Notes: generated by a model from the sequence alone, not told the origin. A stretch of DNA of 64,000 nt from an uncultured Dehalococcoidia bacterium (GCA_964391355.1 CAYMJY010000003.1:200-64199), one strand, 5' to 3'; positions 49,164 to 59,786 are shown, counted from the first letter of the stretch. Numbers and translations are program-made.

Positions 49164-50267
49164 ATGAATTCGGATACTAGTACTTCTAGCTATATGAAAA
49201 GAGCACTAGAGCTCGCGCGTGCAGGTGAAGGCAAAGTTAGCCCTAACCCATCTGTTGGAGCTGTAATAGTGAAGGATGGTGTCATTGTTGGTGAAGGGGT
49301 AACTCAGCCAGTAGGTGGGCATCACGCAGAAATAATGGCTTTAAATACTGCTGGAGATTTGGCGTCAGGCGCAACTCTATATGTAACTCTTGAACCTTGT
49401 GCGCACCATGGAAAAACCCCCCCCTGCGTAAAAGCTCTGGTTTCCTCAGGGATCAATTCCATCAATATTTCTATGGTTGATCCTGACTTAAGAACCAATG
49501 GTGCCGGCATAGACTTCCTGCAATCTCGAGGAATTGATGTGAAAGTCGGTGAAGGAGCAGAAGAAGCTGCCGAGATCATCGAAGCCTTTACAAAGTATCA
49601 AGTACTGCAAGAACCGTTTATTTCTGCAAAATTTGCTATGAGCTTAGATGGCAAAATTGCAACTAGGACTGGGAATTCAAAATGGATATCGGGCACAGAA
49701 TCAAGGGAAAGAGTTCATACACTGCGCTCAAGATCAGACGTAGTTATGATTGGAGTAGGAACTGCTATAGCAGATGACCCTTTTCTTACTGCCCGTTCCG
49801 GTATAACTAAAGCCGTGGAACAACCTGTACGGCTAATTATTGATACCTTTGGTCGACTTCCGATAAACGCGGCGCTTCTTAAAGAACCAGGGAGGACCGT
49901 TGTAGCAAGTTCAGAAATCCCGACAAATAAGAAACGATTATTGCAAAAGCACGGGGCAGAAGTTTTAGAGTTACCACGAGTCGATGGAGGTGTGGATCTT
50001 GCTGCAGCCGTTCAATGTCTTGCTGGAGAAGGTAAAATATCCGTGCTAGCCGAAGGAGGGATGACACTTCTAGGGTCATTATTTTCAAGCCGTATGGTTG
50101 ATAAAGTATATGCTTTTATTGCCCCGGTGATTATTGGCGGAAAGGATGCAAAATCCCCGGTTGGGGGAGTTGGACCTGATCATTTAGCTGATGCAATTAA
50201 TATGACAAAAATTTATTATGAAAAAGTCGGGAACGATATTTTGGTAACTGGATATTTAAAAAAATAA
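49164..50267 (+). CDS. ribD: bifunctional riboflavin biosynthesis deaminase/reductase RibD
   Basis: CMP/dCMP deaminase zinc motifs HAEIMAL and TLEPCAHHGKTPPC. C-terminal RibD_C reductase domain. Confidence 0.93.
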   Translation: MNSDTSTSSYMKRALELARAGEGKVSPNPSVGAVIVKDGVIVGEGVTQPVGGHHAEIMALNTAGDLASGATLYVTLEPCAHHGKTPPCVKALVSSGINSINISMVDPDLRTNGAGIDFLQSRGIDVKVGEGAEEAAEIIEAFTKYQVLQEPFISAKFAMSLDGKIATRTGNSKWISGTESRERVHTLRSRSDVVMIGVGTAIADDPFLTARSGITKAVEQPVRLIIDTFGRLPINAALLKEPGRTVVASSEIPTNKKRLLQKHGAEVLELPRVDGGVDLAAAVQCLAGEGKISVLAEGGMTLLGSLFSSRMVDKVYAFIAPVIIGGKDAKSPVGGVGPDHLADAINMTKIYYEKVGNDILVTGYLKK

Positions 50268-50270
50268 AAC

Positions 50271-50858
50271 ATGTTTACAGGGATCGTAGAAGAAATAGGG
50301 ATTGTTACTAATAAAACAAAGAATTTGCTGAAGGTAACTACTTCTGCAGATTTGATGAATACCAACTTAGGGGAAAGTATAAGTGTTAGTGGTGTTTGTT
50401 TAACAATCGTTGAGAAAACACGATCGGGGTTTGCAGTTGACCTTTCAGAGGAAACTCTGAAGAAAACCAATTTGAACTCATTGGTTAAGGGCGATAAGGT
50501 TAATTTAGAAAGAGCACTGACACCAGAAAGCCGCATGGGCGGTCATTTTGTGCAAGGGCACGTGGATGACGTAGGTTTGGTAACAGCAATTTCTGGTTCT
50601 CCAATTGACCGAATGGTTAAAGTAAAAAACCCACCAAACTTATCACCTTATATTGTTCAAAAGGGTTTTATTGCCGTAAACGGTGTTAGCCTTACAGTCG
50701 TTTCAGCTAAAGGATCAGAATTTGACTTTACTCTGATACCATTTTCAGCTGAAAACACAAACCTTGGATCGCTTACTGCCGGTGACCGTGTTAATCTCGA
50801 AGTGGATATCATGGCTAAATATGTTGAGAGCATCATTGAAAGAAAGAGAGATACGTAG
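50271..50858 (+). CDS. ribE: riboflavin synthase (alpha chain)
   Basis: [10 protein letters not shown] and the duplicated lumazine-binding repeats ([12 protein letters not shown] / [11 protein letters not shown]). Confidence 0.93.
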   Translation: MFTGIVEEIGIVTNKTKNLLKVTTSADLMNTNLGESISVSGVCLTIVEKTRSGFAVDLSEETLKKTNLNSLVKGDKVNLERALTPESRMGGHFVQGHVDDVGLVTAISGSPIDRMVKVKNPPNLSPYIVQKGFIAVNGVSLTVVSAKGSEFDFTLIPFSAENTNLGSLTAGDRVNLEVDIMAKYVESIIERKRDT

Positions 50859-52081
50859 TGCCGTTATCTTCCGTGGAACAAGGCGTCAAAGATATTAAAG
50901 ACGGGAAATTCATAATCGTTGTTGACGATGAAGACAGGGAAAATGAAGGGGATTTGGTAATTGCCGCAGAGAGAGTAACTCCTGAATCTATTAACTTCAT
51001 GTCCAAGCAAGGACGTGGTTTGATTTGCGTTCCTTTAACAGAAACTAGGCTTCGTTCTCTCGACCTCGATATGATGGTATCTCGAAACACTTCGAGACAT
51101 TCAACTGCATTTACTGTTTCTGTGGATATTAATAATGGCTCGACTGGCATTTCTGCTTTTGATCGTTCAGAAACAGTCCGAGCTTTAGTAGATGACAAAA
51201 CTGTACCAGATGATTTAGCACGCCCTGGACATATGTTCCCCCTTGCTGCTCAGGAAGGAGGTGTACTAGTCCGTGCAGGCCAAACTGAAGCATCAGTAGA
51301 TTTGGCACGACTAGCTGGATTGAAACCTGCAGCAGTACTATGTGAAATTCTAAGCGATGACGGAACAATGGCTCGCAGGCCTGAGTTAGAAATTTTCGCA
51401 AAAGAACATAATCTCAGCATTATTAGTGTTGCTGACATCATTGCGTATCGACTGGCAAATGAAAAAATGGTCGAACGAATTGCAGAGGCAAAGCTGCCTA
51501 CGATTCATGGCGATGCAATTGTTATGGCTTATAGTTCAGCTGTTGATAAAGATGAACATGTTGCTATTGTTTTTGGCGATATTACAAAAGAGCCTCCATT
51601 AGTTCGAGTACACAGCGAATGTCTAACAGGAGACGTATTTGGAAGCTTAAGATGTGATTGCGGAACGCAATTGAGTAAATCACTGGATTTGATTGGTCGC
51701 AACGGTAACGGAATTTTTCTTTATATGCGACAAGAAGGCAGAGGCATAGGGATACATAACAAAATAAAAGCATACGCACTACAAGATGGTGGTGCTGACA
51801 CTGTTGAAGCTAATGAAAGCCTGGGATTCCCCCCGGATCTTCGGCATTATGGTATTGGTGCTCAGATTCTGAGGGATCTAGGCGTGACGAAGATGAAATT
51901 AATGACCAATAACCCCAAAAAGGTAGTTGGTTTGGATAGTTATGGGTTAGAAATTGTGGAACGAATTCCAATACTGACAGAGCCTGTCGCGCAAAATCTA
52001 AGGTATTTGGAAACGAAGCGCGATAAATTGGGACACCTGTTGGGCCCTTTGGATAGTGCGACTTCTGAATCCACAGGCTAG
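50858..52081 (+). CDS. ribBA: bifunctional 3,4-dihydroxy-2-butanone-4-phosphate synthase / GTP cyclohydrolase II
   Basis: [11 protein letters not shown] (RibB) and [21 protein letters not shown] (RibA zinc site). GTG start overlapping the ribE stop. Confidence 0.94.
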   Translation: MPLSSVEQGVKDIKDGKFIIVVDDEDRENEGDLVIAAERVTPESINFMSKQGRGLICVPLTETRLRSLDLDMMVSRNTSRHSTAFTVSVDINNGSTGISAFDRSETVRALVDDKTVPDDLARPGHMFPLAAQEGGVLVRAGQTEASVDLARLAGLKPAAVLCEILSDDGTMARRPELEIFAKEHNLSIISVADIIAYRLANEKMVERIAEAKLPTIHGDAIVMAYSSAVDKDEHVAIVFGDITKEPPLVRVHSECLTGDVFGSLRCDCGTQLSKSLDLIGRNGNGIFLYMRQEGRGIGIHNKIKAYALQDGGADTVEANESLGFPPDLRHYGIGAQILRDLGVTKMKLMTNNPKKVVGLDSYGLEIVERIPILTEPVAQNLRYLETKRDKLGHLLGPLDSATSESTG

Positions 52082-52131
52082 CTGTCAAAATTCACATTGG
52101 TAACTAAGATCCGAATCGTTAGAATAGAGTT

Positions 52132-52605
52132 ATGGAATCCCACAAACTAAATGGCATCGTATATTCCGAAATCCGTGTGGGCATAATAGTTTCTCAATTT
52201 AATGAAACCATTACTTCAAGATTGCTGTCAGGAGCCCAAGAAGCTCTTATGAAGGTTGGTGTTCCAAACGAAAACGTAGACATAAAATGGGTACCAGGTG
52301 CGTTTGAGATTCCGCAAATAGCATTACGTATGGCTGAGACTGGACAATGGGATGCCTTAGTTACGTTGGGCTGTGTAATTCGAGGTGAAACAAGCCATTA
52401 TGATGTAGTTGTGAACGAGTCATGCCGTGGCATTACTGAGGCTGCAATGTTAACAGGGATACCCATTACGCTGGGGATTCTGACAACAGAAAATAGCGAG
52501 CAGGCTTTTGAGCGATCGGGAGGAAGTATTGGCAATAAAGGAGCTGAGGCTTCACTTGCGGCAATTGAAATGGCGGTTTTATATCGAGCTATAGATACGG
52601 AATAA
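52132..52605 (+). CDS. ribH: 6,7-dimethyl-8-ribityllumazine synthase
   Basis: VPGAFEIP, LGCVIRGETSHYD and GILTT. Confidence 0.94.
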   Translation: MESHKLNGIVYSEIRVGIIVSQFNETITSRLLSGAQEALMKVGVPNENVDIKWVPGAFEIPQIALRMAETGQWDALVTLGCVIRGETSHYDVVVNESCRGITEAAMLTGIPITLGILTTENSEQAFERSGGSIGNKGAEASLAAIEMAVLYRAIDTE

Positions 52606-52615
52606 GGAGTGGCTA

Positions 52616-53092
52616 GTGTCGATTCAGGATCAATTAATAACTGATATGCGATCAGCAATGAAATCAAGAAACGAAGTAGTCAAGAATACGGTAAGGCTAA
52701 TACGTTCAGCAATTCAATATGAAGAGAAAGATAGCGGGGAAACAGCAAATGATGAGGCGGTAATCAACGTACTTTCTAGAATGATGAGACAGTATAAAGA
52801 AAGTATTGAAGCATATGACAGTGCTGGACGCCAAGATTTAGTCGAAAAAGAACAAGCACAACTTGAAATCATTTTGCAATACCTCCCTGACCAGCTCGAT
52901 AGAGATTCTTTGCTTGATATGACAAAAAGCATTTTGGACGATTTAGGTGCGACTGGCATGGGTGATAGGGGTAAGGTTATGGGTACGCTGATGCCAAGAG
53001 TCAGAGGAAGAGCTGACGGATCTTTGGTTAATTCCGTGGTAGTGGAATTGCTTGAATCATTGGAAAGCAAAGGGTCCGATAGTGACGATTAG
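52616..53092 (+). CDS. yqeY: GatB/YqeY domain-containing protein
   Basis: AMKSRN...RLIRSAIQ..., YLPDQL and DRGKVMGTLMPRVRGRADG. AAGGAG SD with a GTG start. Confidence 0.85.
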   Translation: MSIQDQLITDMRSAMKSRNEVVKNTVRLIRSAIQYEEKDSGETANDEAVINVLSRMMRQYKESIEAYDSAGRQDLVEKEQAQLEIILQYLPDQLDRDSLLDMTKSILDDLGATGMGDRGKVMGTLMPRVRGRADGSLVNSVVVELLESLESKGSDSDD

Positions 53093-53804
53093 TTTTGGTG
53101 TAGTGGTATTCCCTGGGACTTGGAGTGAGACTGATTGGCAAAATGCTATTGTCGATGTTGCAGGTTCTAACTCAAGTATGGTTTTTCATAAACAAACAGA
53201 CTTATCAGGTTTCGATTGTATTGTAATACCTGGAGGCTTTTCATTTGGAGATTATTTGAGACCAGGCGCTATAGCTCAGCTTTCACCTGTAATGCAATCA
53301 GTAAAAAAGCACGCAGATAATGGTGGCTTAGTGATTGGTTCTTGTAATGGATTCCAGATTTTGTGCGAAGCAGGCCTGCTTCCAGGTACCTTAATTCGGA
53401 ATGACCATTTGAAATTCAAATGCAAAGAGCAGTTTTTGAAAGTGGAGAAATCATCTCCACCATTTACTTCTACTTTTAATACAAACGAAGTGATTTCAAT
53501 TCCGATTTCACACGGAGATGGCAATTATTACGTCTCAGATAGTGAATTGGAACAATTGTTAGATAACAAGCAGATATTACTCAGATACTGTGATTACGAA
53601 GGTGAGATTTCGAAAGATTCAAACCCCAATGGATCTGTTGCGAATATTGCAGGAGTTACAAACTTAAGAGGGAACGTATTTGGCCTGATGCCTCACCCTG
53701 AAAGAGTTGTGGAACCACAGTTAGGTGGGGTAGATGGTTTGAGAATGATCCAATCGATTATCAACAGTGTAGCAATTACACCTTCTAGTGACAGGGTTGT
53801 ATAG
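53082..53804 (+). CDS. purQ: phosphoribosylformylglycinamidine synthase subunit PurQ (glutaminase)
   Basis: FGVVVFPG, nucleophile GSCNGFQIL and MPHPER. GTG 53082 is preferred over TTG 53052 (11-nt overlap with yqeY). Confidence 0.9.
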   Translation: MTISFGVVVFPGTWSETDWQNAIVDVAGSNSSMVFHKQTDLSGFDCIVIPGGFSFGDYLRPGAIAQLSPVMQSVKKHADNGGLVIGSCNGFQILCEAGLLPGTLIRNDHLKFKCKEQFLKVEKSSPPFTSTFNTNEVISIPISHGDGNYYVSDSELEQLLDNKQILLRYCDYEGEISKDSNPNGSVANIAGVTNLRGNVFGLMPHPERVVEPQLGGVDGLRMIQSIINSVAITPSSDRVV

Positions 53805-54705
53805 CGGAATTGCTCTTTCATTATTAGCTGCAGCGGGCTTTGGCCTTGGAACTGTTTTAATTAGAAAAGCACTCGAATGGGTTTCTCCCTATATAGCGAC
53901 ACTAATTAGTTTGGTTATTGGTGTTACTGTCTTGGGAATTTTTTGCAGCTTGTATTTTGGCATAGAAATATTTTCTCAGACTAAATCAGTTTACATCGTT
54001 ACTTGCATTTTGGGTTTGTTGGTGACAGCAGCCGCAGGCTGTTTTCTAACAGCTATAAAACTTGCCGGAGCTGGCTTTGCGTCTCCTATTTTAGGAGCAA
54101 GCCCTATTTTCTCTATTGGTTTGGCTTTAACGTTCAAAGGAGAACAACCGGAATTGTTAGCCCTTATAGGTGCTTTGATTATAGTGTTCGGCGTAATCAT
54201 TTTGGTAACTGATAGCAAGAGAATCAATAAAATAGAAACGGGTTACGTTAGTAATTTAGGGAACCTAAAAATCCAAGGAGTAAAGATTGGGATAGGCTTA
54301 GCGGGAATTGCTTCAATTGCTATAGCGGTAGCCGGGTATCTAGCCAGCGGGATTGTGGGAAGTTCAACTCCTGGATCCGTTGTGGCTTTCTATGAGAGCC
54401 TTTTTGGTATTTTTTTCGTCTTCATAATCATCATAAAATTTTGGGATAAACAATATATAAATAAAAAAGGCTTTTACTGGATGCTTCCTGCGGGTGTAGT
54501 TTTTGCTCTTGCAGTAGCCTCACTTTATACAGCTTTAGAACAAGCTCCACTGTCGATAGTTGCCCCCTTAGCTGGGACAGAGCCCTTGGCGACATATTTC
54601 TTCATCTTATTGATACTTAGAGGCGAAGAGTTTATAACTTTACGTGCTACTCTTGGTGCATTATTAATTGTTTTGGGCGTAGGAGTGATTGGAGCAACTT
54701 CATGA
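53788..54705 (+). CDS. EamA/DMT family transporter
   Basis: 305 aa, about 10 hydrophobic helices arranged as two EamA-like halves. GTG start overlapping the purQ 3' end; ATGA overlap with purL. Confidence 0.7.
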   Translation: MTGLYSGIALSLLAAAGFGLGTVLIRKALEWVSPYIATLISLVIGVTVLGIFCSLYFGIEIFSQTKSVYIVTCILGLLVTAAAGCFLTAIKLAGAGFASPILGASPIFSIGLALTFKGEQPELLALIGALIIVFGVIILVTDSKRINKIETGYVSNLGNLKIQGVKIGIGLAGIASIAIAVAGYLASGIVGSSTPGSVVAFYESLFGIFFVFIIIIKFWDKQYINKKGFYWMLPAGVVFALAVASLYTALEQAPLSIVAPLAGTEPLATYFFILLILRGEEFITLRATLGALLIVLGVGVIGATS

Positions 54706-56909
54706 ATATTTCAAATGATATTTTGGACGAAATTGCTCTAACTCGCGATGAATATGATTTGATAATAACCAAACTTGAAAGACCACCGACTTCCGTAGAA
54801 TTAGGGATGTTTGGCGCGTTATGGAGCGAGCATTGTGGCTATAAACATTCAAAGCTGTTGCTTGAACTCTTCCCGACTAAAGGTGATTATGTGCAAGTCG
54901 GTGCGGGCACTGAAAACGCTGGAGTGATTGATATCGGTGACGGTATCAGCATAGTTTTCAAGATTGAATCTCATAATCACCCATCTGCTGTAGAGCCATT
55001 CCAAGGTGCTGCAACGGGAGTGGGTGGTATCATTCGTGATATTTTAGCTATGGGCGCCAGACCTATTGCGCTCCTAAACTCTTTAAGATTTGGACCCCTA
55101 AGCCACCCGCATAATAAATTCCTGTACAACCGCGTTGTATCTGGGATATCTGCGTACGGTAACTGCACAGGTATTCCAGATGTAGGGGGTGAAGTAAAGT
55201 TCGCCAATTCATATTCAGGCAATCCATTAGTAAACGCTATGTGTATCGGTCTTTTAAGGGATGGCCAACTTATTAGGGCTACTACAGGAAAACCAGGATC
55301 ATTGTTGCTATTAGTTGGAGCACCAACTGGGCGAGATGGAATTCACGGTGCGTCTGGATTAGCATCACGAACTTTTTCAAATGATCGTGAAATGCGCCCC
55401 ACTGTTCAAGTGGGAGATCCTTTTTTGGAAAAAGTCTTAATCGAGGCTTGCCTGGAAGTTGCACGTACTGGTTTATTAGAAGGGATGCAGGATTTAGGAG
55501 CTGCAGGACTCACTAGCAGTGTAGTTGAGATTGCTGAGCGAGGGCAAACAGGTTTCAAGCTCGATGTTTCTAAGGTTCCTAGGAGAGAAGCAGGATTAGG
55601 TGCTTATGAGGTTATGCTATCTGAGTCGCAGGAACGGATGCTTTTGATCGTGCGACCTGAAAATTTACAGAAAGTTTCTGAAATTTTATCCAGATGGGAT
55701 TTGCCCCACAATGTTATAGGAGAGTCCACACAAGATGGTATTGCCCGAATATTTGATGGAGTTGAGTTGGTTGGGGCGGCTCCAGTTTCAATTCTGACTG
55801 ACGCACCTCAATATCGACCTGAGTCAAAGAGACCAAGCTATATGGATTTAGTGCAGAACCAACCAATCCCTTCTGAATTATTACTTAACGAAGCAGGTTC
55901 TCTTTTGCTCAGGATGATCGCTTCCCCTAATATAGCTAGCCGGCATTCAATATATAGCCAATACGACCATGAAGTTCAAACAAATACAATTCTAAAACCA
56001 GGCGTTTCTGATGCAGCAGTATTACGTTTGCGAGATAGCGTTAAGGGACTTGCTATTGCAACGGATGGAAATGGCCGGTATACATATCTTGATCCTTATA
56101 TAGGTGGTGCGATTGCTGTTGCTGAAGCTTGTAGAAATGTAGCATGTACCGGCGCAAAACCAGTAGCTGTTACTGATTGTTTGAATTTTGGTAACCCAGA
56201 AAACCCTGAGATTTACTATCAACTTGAAAATGCCATTAGGGGAGCAGCGGATGCCTGCACGTTTTTCGAAGTTCCAGTAATTAGTGGCAACGTCTCTCTT
56301 TACAACGAAACAAAGGAAGGCCCAATTGACCCTACGCCAATAATTGGAGTAGTCGGAATTTTGGAGAATGTTGATCATTGCCTATCAAGCGGGTTCAAGA
56401 ATACCGGCGATCGTGTGTTTCTACTGGGAACACATGAATTAGCTGGTGATCCTTCCAACCTTGCAGGTTCAGAGTACCTCGAGTTTATCCACCAAATGGT
56501 TATAGGGCGTCCTAAAATTGACTTAGAAGCTGAATTCAAATTGCAAAAGCTGTTAGTAAAACTCGCCAAAGACCAATCAATCAATTCTGCTCATGATTGC
56601 TCTGAAGGGGGAATGATTGTTGCAATAGCTGAGATGGCAATACTCGGTGGTATAGGCGTTGATTTGGATTTTAAGATGACGGGGCGCTGGGACGCAGCTT
56701 TGTTTGGAGAGAACCAATCCTTGGTAGTTGTTACGGCTGCACCTGATGAAACTAAAAATACATTAGATACAGTTAAAAGATTTGGAGTTCCTTTTTTGGA
56801 AATTGGAATTGTAGGGGGGAATCGATTTTTACACTCGAATGGCATAGACTTATCGATTGTTGAATTAACTCAGCATTATATGGATGGGCTTCAAACGCTG
56901 CGTGCATGA
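54702..56909 (+). CDS. purL: phosphoribosylformylglycinamidine synthase subunit PurL
   Basis: 735 aa with WSEHCGYKHSK, ESHNHPSAVEPFQGAATGVGG and duplicated AIR-synthase-like domains. Confidence 0.95.
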   Translation: MNISNDILDEIALTRDEYDLIITKLERPPTSVELGMFGALWSEHCGYKHSKLLLELFPTKGDYVQVGAGTENAGVIDIGDGISIVFKIESHNHPSAVEPFQGAATGVGGIIRDILAMGARPIALLNSLRFGPLSHPHNKFLYNRVVSGISAYGNCTGIPDVGGEVKFANSYSGNPLVNAMCIGLLRDGQLIRATTGKPGSLLLLVGAPTGRDGIHGASGLASRTFSNDREMRPTVQVGDPFLEKVLIEACLEVARTGLLEGMQDLGAAGLTSSVVEIAERGQTGFKLDVSKVPRREAGLGAYEVMLSESQERMLLIVRPENLQKVSEILSRWDLPHNVIGESTQDGIARIFDGVELVGAAPVSILTDAPQYRPESKRPSYMDLVQNQPIPSELLLNEAGSLLLRMIASPNIASRHSIYSQYDHEVQTNTILKPGVSDAAVLRLRDSVKGLAIATDGNGRYTYLDPYIGGAIAVAEACRNVACTGAKPVAVTDCLNFGNPENPEIYYQLENAIRGAADACTFFEVPVISGNVSLYNETKEGPIDPTPIIGVVGILENVDHCLSSGFKNTGDRVFLLGTHELAGDPSNLAGSEYLEFIHQMVIGRPKIDLEAEFKLQKLLVKLAKDQSINSAHDCSEGGMIVAIAEMAILGGIGVDLDFKMTGRWDAALFGENQSLVVVTAAPDETKNTLDTVKRFGVPFLEIGIVGGNRFLHSNGIDLSIVELTQHYMDGLQTLRA

Positions 56910-57047
56910 TGCTAAACATCTTATAAACTTAAGCGTTTCTCTCTTGACGTCTCACGAGAGGGCATCGTTGATAATGACCTTGGCGCGATGAGACACCAGG
57001 GGCTTGTTTAAAAAGCTACCCTGAGTTCAACTTTTCAATGATATCCT

Positions 57048-57062
57048 ATGTGGATTCCACAT
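57048..57062. repeat. 15-bp palindrome ATGTGGA-T-TCCACAT in the rplI leader/upstream region; function unknown
   Basis: Read directly from the sequence. It lies 29 nt upstream of the rplI ATG. Confidence 0.6.
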
Positions 57063-57090
57063 TTGATTTTCTATTTTTGAGGTATTACAT

Positions 57091-57702
57091 ATGCGAGTAA
57101 TTTTTTTACAAGACGTGCCAGGTACTGCAGATGCTGGTGAGATAAAAGTAGTTAAAAATGGGTTTGCCCGTAATTTCCTTTTACCTAAGGGATTGGCAGC
57201 GCCAGCAACTAAAGACTCCATACAGCGCACAAATGCCATAGAGAAATCTGCAAAGGAGTTGCGCCTAAAACAATCAAATGATTGGCAGGTTGTAGCAGAT
57301 GCAATTTCTGGTACAAAAATTGTTGTTGAGGCAAGGGTAGGCCCTAATGGGAGACTGTTTGGTGCTGTTACGGGAAGACATATAGCTGATCGTTTATCTG
57401 AAATAACTGATAGGAAATTGGATCATCGTCAAGTTTTACTTGGAGAGACTATTCATGACCCCGGCGATTATGAAGTGAAGATTCGTTTATACAGAGAAGT
57501 ACAAACTGTAGTCAATTTATCTGTAATCCCGGAAGGATATGTTGAACCATTTGAATTGCCCGAAACAGCTTCTATTGATAATGATCCCGCGGAAGAGGCA
57601 GCACCCGTTGATGAAGAATTAGCAGCTGATCCTGCGGAAGAGACAACACCGGTTGATGAAGAATTAGCATCTGACCCTGCTGAAGAAACGACACCTAATT
57701 GA
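57091..57702 (+). CDS. rplI: 50S ribosomal protein L9 with an acidic repeat-containing C-terminal extension
   Basis: MRVIFLQDVPGTADAGEIKVVKNGFARNFLLPKG. The canonical L9 is about 150 aa; this one is 203 aa. Confidence 0.93.
   Translation: MRVIFLQDVPGTADAGEIKVVKNGFARNFLLPKGLAAPATKDSIQRTNAIEKSAKELRLKQSNDWQVVADAISGTKIVVEARVGPNGRLFGAVTGRHIADRLSEITDRKLDHRQVLLGETIHDPGDYEVKIRLYREVQTVVNLSVIPEGYVEPFELPETASIDNDPAEEAAPVDEELAADPAEETTPVDEELASDPAEETTPN
57583..57699 (+). repeat. 45-nt tandem repeat, 2.6 copies (DPAEE[AT][AT]PVDEELA[AS]), forming the L9 C-terminal tail
   Basis: Units at 57583-57627 and 57628-57672, with a partial unit at 57673-57699, read directly from the sequence. Confidence 0.85.
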
Positions 57703-57731
57703 TCAGAATCTGAATTATACGGAACTAGTAA

Positions 57732-59108
57732 ATGTACGCAGAACAATTGCCGCCCCATGATACAGATGCTGAAGAAGCAGTCATCGGTTCTTTGCTTATT
57801 GATGGTGATGCAATTAATAGAATTGCCACTGTCTTGGCCGGTAATGATTTTTATCGTGAACGTAACCGTTGGTGTTATGAAGCTTGCCGTTCTCTGTATG
57901 AGAGAGGCGATGCCATCAACCAGCTCACCGTTTCACATGAATTGAGTTTAACAGAACGCCTAGAGGGCGTAGGAGGTCCCGCTTATTTAAGTCACCTTGT
58001 GGCAATGGTACCTACGTCAGTACATATAGAGCACTACGCAAGGTTAGTGAATAGAACTGCTACTATGCGCCGCTTGATTGATGCTGCAGGTGATATAGCC
58101 GCCATTGGTTATGCAGATGCAGCTGATGTTGATCAGGCTATTACTCAAGCAGAGGATGCAGTTTTTAAGGTCAGGGGAACCTCGGCAGTTCGTGATTTTG
58201 TTACCTTAAGACAAGTATTAGATGAGTACCTAGAGGAAACAGCAACACTAGAAGGATCTACAGATAAATCACTTCAACCTGTTAATGCTGGGTTTACGGA
58301 TATCGATGCAGCATTGGGCGGTTTACAAAGAGGGGATTTAGTAATAATCGCTGCAAGACCTTCATTAGGTAAATCTACATTGGCAATGAATATTGCAAGG
58401 AATGCTGCACGTCAAGGAGCGACTAGTGCAGTGTTCAGTTTGGAGATGAGTCGAGATCAACTTGCTCTACGATTATTATGCGCAGAAGCTGAAGTGGTTA
58501 GCCATAGATTAAGAATTGGGCTTCTGACTGATGCAGAATCTGCACGTGTGATGGAATCAATTGGCGAATTGTCAGATCTGCCTCTATATATGGATGATTC
58601 TGCGGTACAAAGTGTCCCCCAGATGCGATCAAAGTTGCGCAGATTGCATACCGAAAGAGGCGTGGATTTAGTGATTGTTGATTACCTTCAACTGATGAGC
58701 GGTTCAAGCTCAAGAGGGGAAAATCGTGTAAGTGAACTGGGAGAAATCACCCGTTCTTTGAAGGCTGTCGCAAGGGATTTAAATGTACCTGTTATTGCAA
58801 TTTCTCAGTTAAGTAGGGCGATCGAGCAAAGGCCTGACCATAGACCAATGCTATCGGATCTTCGCGAATCGGGATCAATCGAACAGGATGCTGATGTGGT
58901 AGCTTTTATACACAGAGAAGACAAATATACAGATTTAGAAACTTGGGAACAACGCAATCCGACCAAACCCTATCCTGAAAACCTTGCGCAGATTGTTATA
59001 GCTAAAAATCGACATGGAGATACGCCAACCGTGGAACTCTATTTCCGTGGTCACTTTTTTAGATTCGAGAATTTAGCTACAGCAGAATCATCGATTGGAT
59101 GGGAATAA
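57732..59108 (+). CDS. dnaB: replicative DNA helicase DnaB
   Basis: PPHDTDAEEAVIGSLL, Walker A ARPSLGKST, Walker B VIVDYLQLM and SQLSRAIEQR. 458 aa with no intein-sized insertion. Confidence 0.95.
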   Translation: MYAEQLPPHDTDAEEAVIGSLLIDGDAINRIATVLAGNDFYRERNRWCYEACRSLYERGDAINQLTVSHELSLTERLEGVGGPAYLSHLVAMVPTSVHIEHYARLVNRTATMRRLIDAAGDIAAIGYADAADVDQAITQAEDAVFKVRGTSAVRDFVTLRQVLDEYLEETATLEGSTDKSLQPVNAGFTDIDAALGGLQRGDLVIIAARPSLGKSTLAMNIARNAARQGATSAVFSLEMSRDQLALRLLCAEAEVVSHRLRIGLLTDAESARVMESIGELSDLPLYMDDSAVQSVPQMRSKLRRLHTERGVDLVIVDYLQLMSGSSSRGENRVSELGEITRSLKAVARDLNVPVIAISQLSRAIEQRPDHRPMLSDLRESGSIEQDADVVAFIHREDKYTDLETWEQRNPTKPYPENLAQIVIAKNRHGDTPTVELYFRGHFFRFENLATAESSIGWE

Positions 59109-59786
59109 ATGAACAGTTTTCAGGGATTCCCTAGCGGCACTCGCAGTATCCCGGTTCCGTCTTTGCTATTGGGTTCACTATTAGAAGAAATAGAAGATAT
59201 TGCAGAAATTCGGTGCACGTTGAGATTTTTCTGGCACATTTCCCAGGTTAAAGGCACAAGTAGGTTTGTCGGCTCTGAAACATTATTAGCGGATCAAATA
59301 CTCCTTCGCATTATGGGATCCGTCGCAGAAATTGAACGAGGCCTGAGTTTGGCTGTCGAACACGGGACTTTGGTTTTTCAGGATGATGGCTCTGGTTCAG
59401 GAAGGTATTTCATTAACGACATTGAAGGTAGAAATGCAGCTTTGAAAGCAAATGATCGGTTTCTAAAGCTCAGTGAACATATAATTAACCACAACGATTC
59501 TCCTGTCTTGGCAAAATCAAATATTTACAGACTTTACGAATCTAATATTGGCATATTGACACCTATTATTTCTGAGGAATTACGTGACGCTGAGACTATT
59601 TACCCTTTAGATTGGATCGAGCTGGCTATAAAAGAATCAGTAGAGAACAATGCTCGAAGTTGGCGCTATGTTTCTCGTGTCTTAGAACGTTGGAAAAGGG
59701 AAGGAAATAACGTTGGAGCGGATGGAAAGCCTAGGAGAAATCCTGAAACGATTACAGCAGCAGAGTATAGACGCCAGTCCAGCTGA
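59109..59786 (+). CDS. DnaD-domain replication protein (DnaD / DnaB_2-like C-terminal domain)
   Basis: The C-terminal block NIYRLYESNIGILTP...LRDAETIYPLDWIELAIKESVENNARSWRYVSRVLERWKREG matches the DnaD/phage-replication domain pattern. The ATG directly abuts the dnaB stop. Confidence 0.65.
   Translation: MNSFQGFPSGTRSIPVPSLLLGSLLEEIEDIAEIRCTLRFFWHISQVKGTSRFVGSETLLADQILLRIMGSVAEIERGLSLAVEHGTLVFQDDGSGSGRYFINDIEGRNAALKANDRFLKLSEHIINHNDSPVLAKSNIYRLYESNIGILTPIISEELRDAETIYPLDWIELAIKESVENNARSWRYVSRVLERWKREGNNVGADGKPRRNPETITAAEYRRQSS

Noticed and set aside
56937-56962. Hairpin TTCTCTC-(12 nt)-GAGAGGG after purL, considered as an intrinsic terminator
   Set aside because: The stem relies on two G-U pairs, the loop is 12 nt, and no T-tract follows (GCATCGTTG). 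It also overlaps a TTGACG -35-like hexamer whose spacing (20 nt) to GATAAT is too long, so neither a terminator nor a promoter call is supportable.
57732-59108. Checked DnaB for an intein or other insertion
   Set aside because: The protein is 458 aa with contiguous helicase motifs and no extra segment or intein splice-junction blocks.
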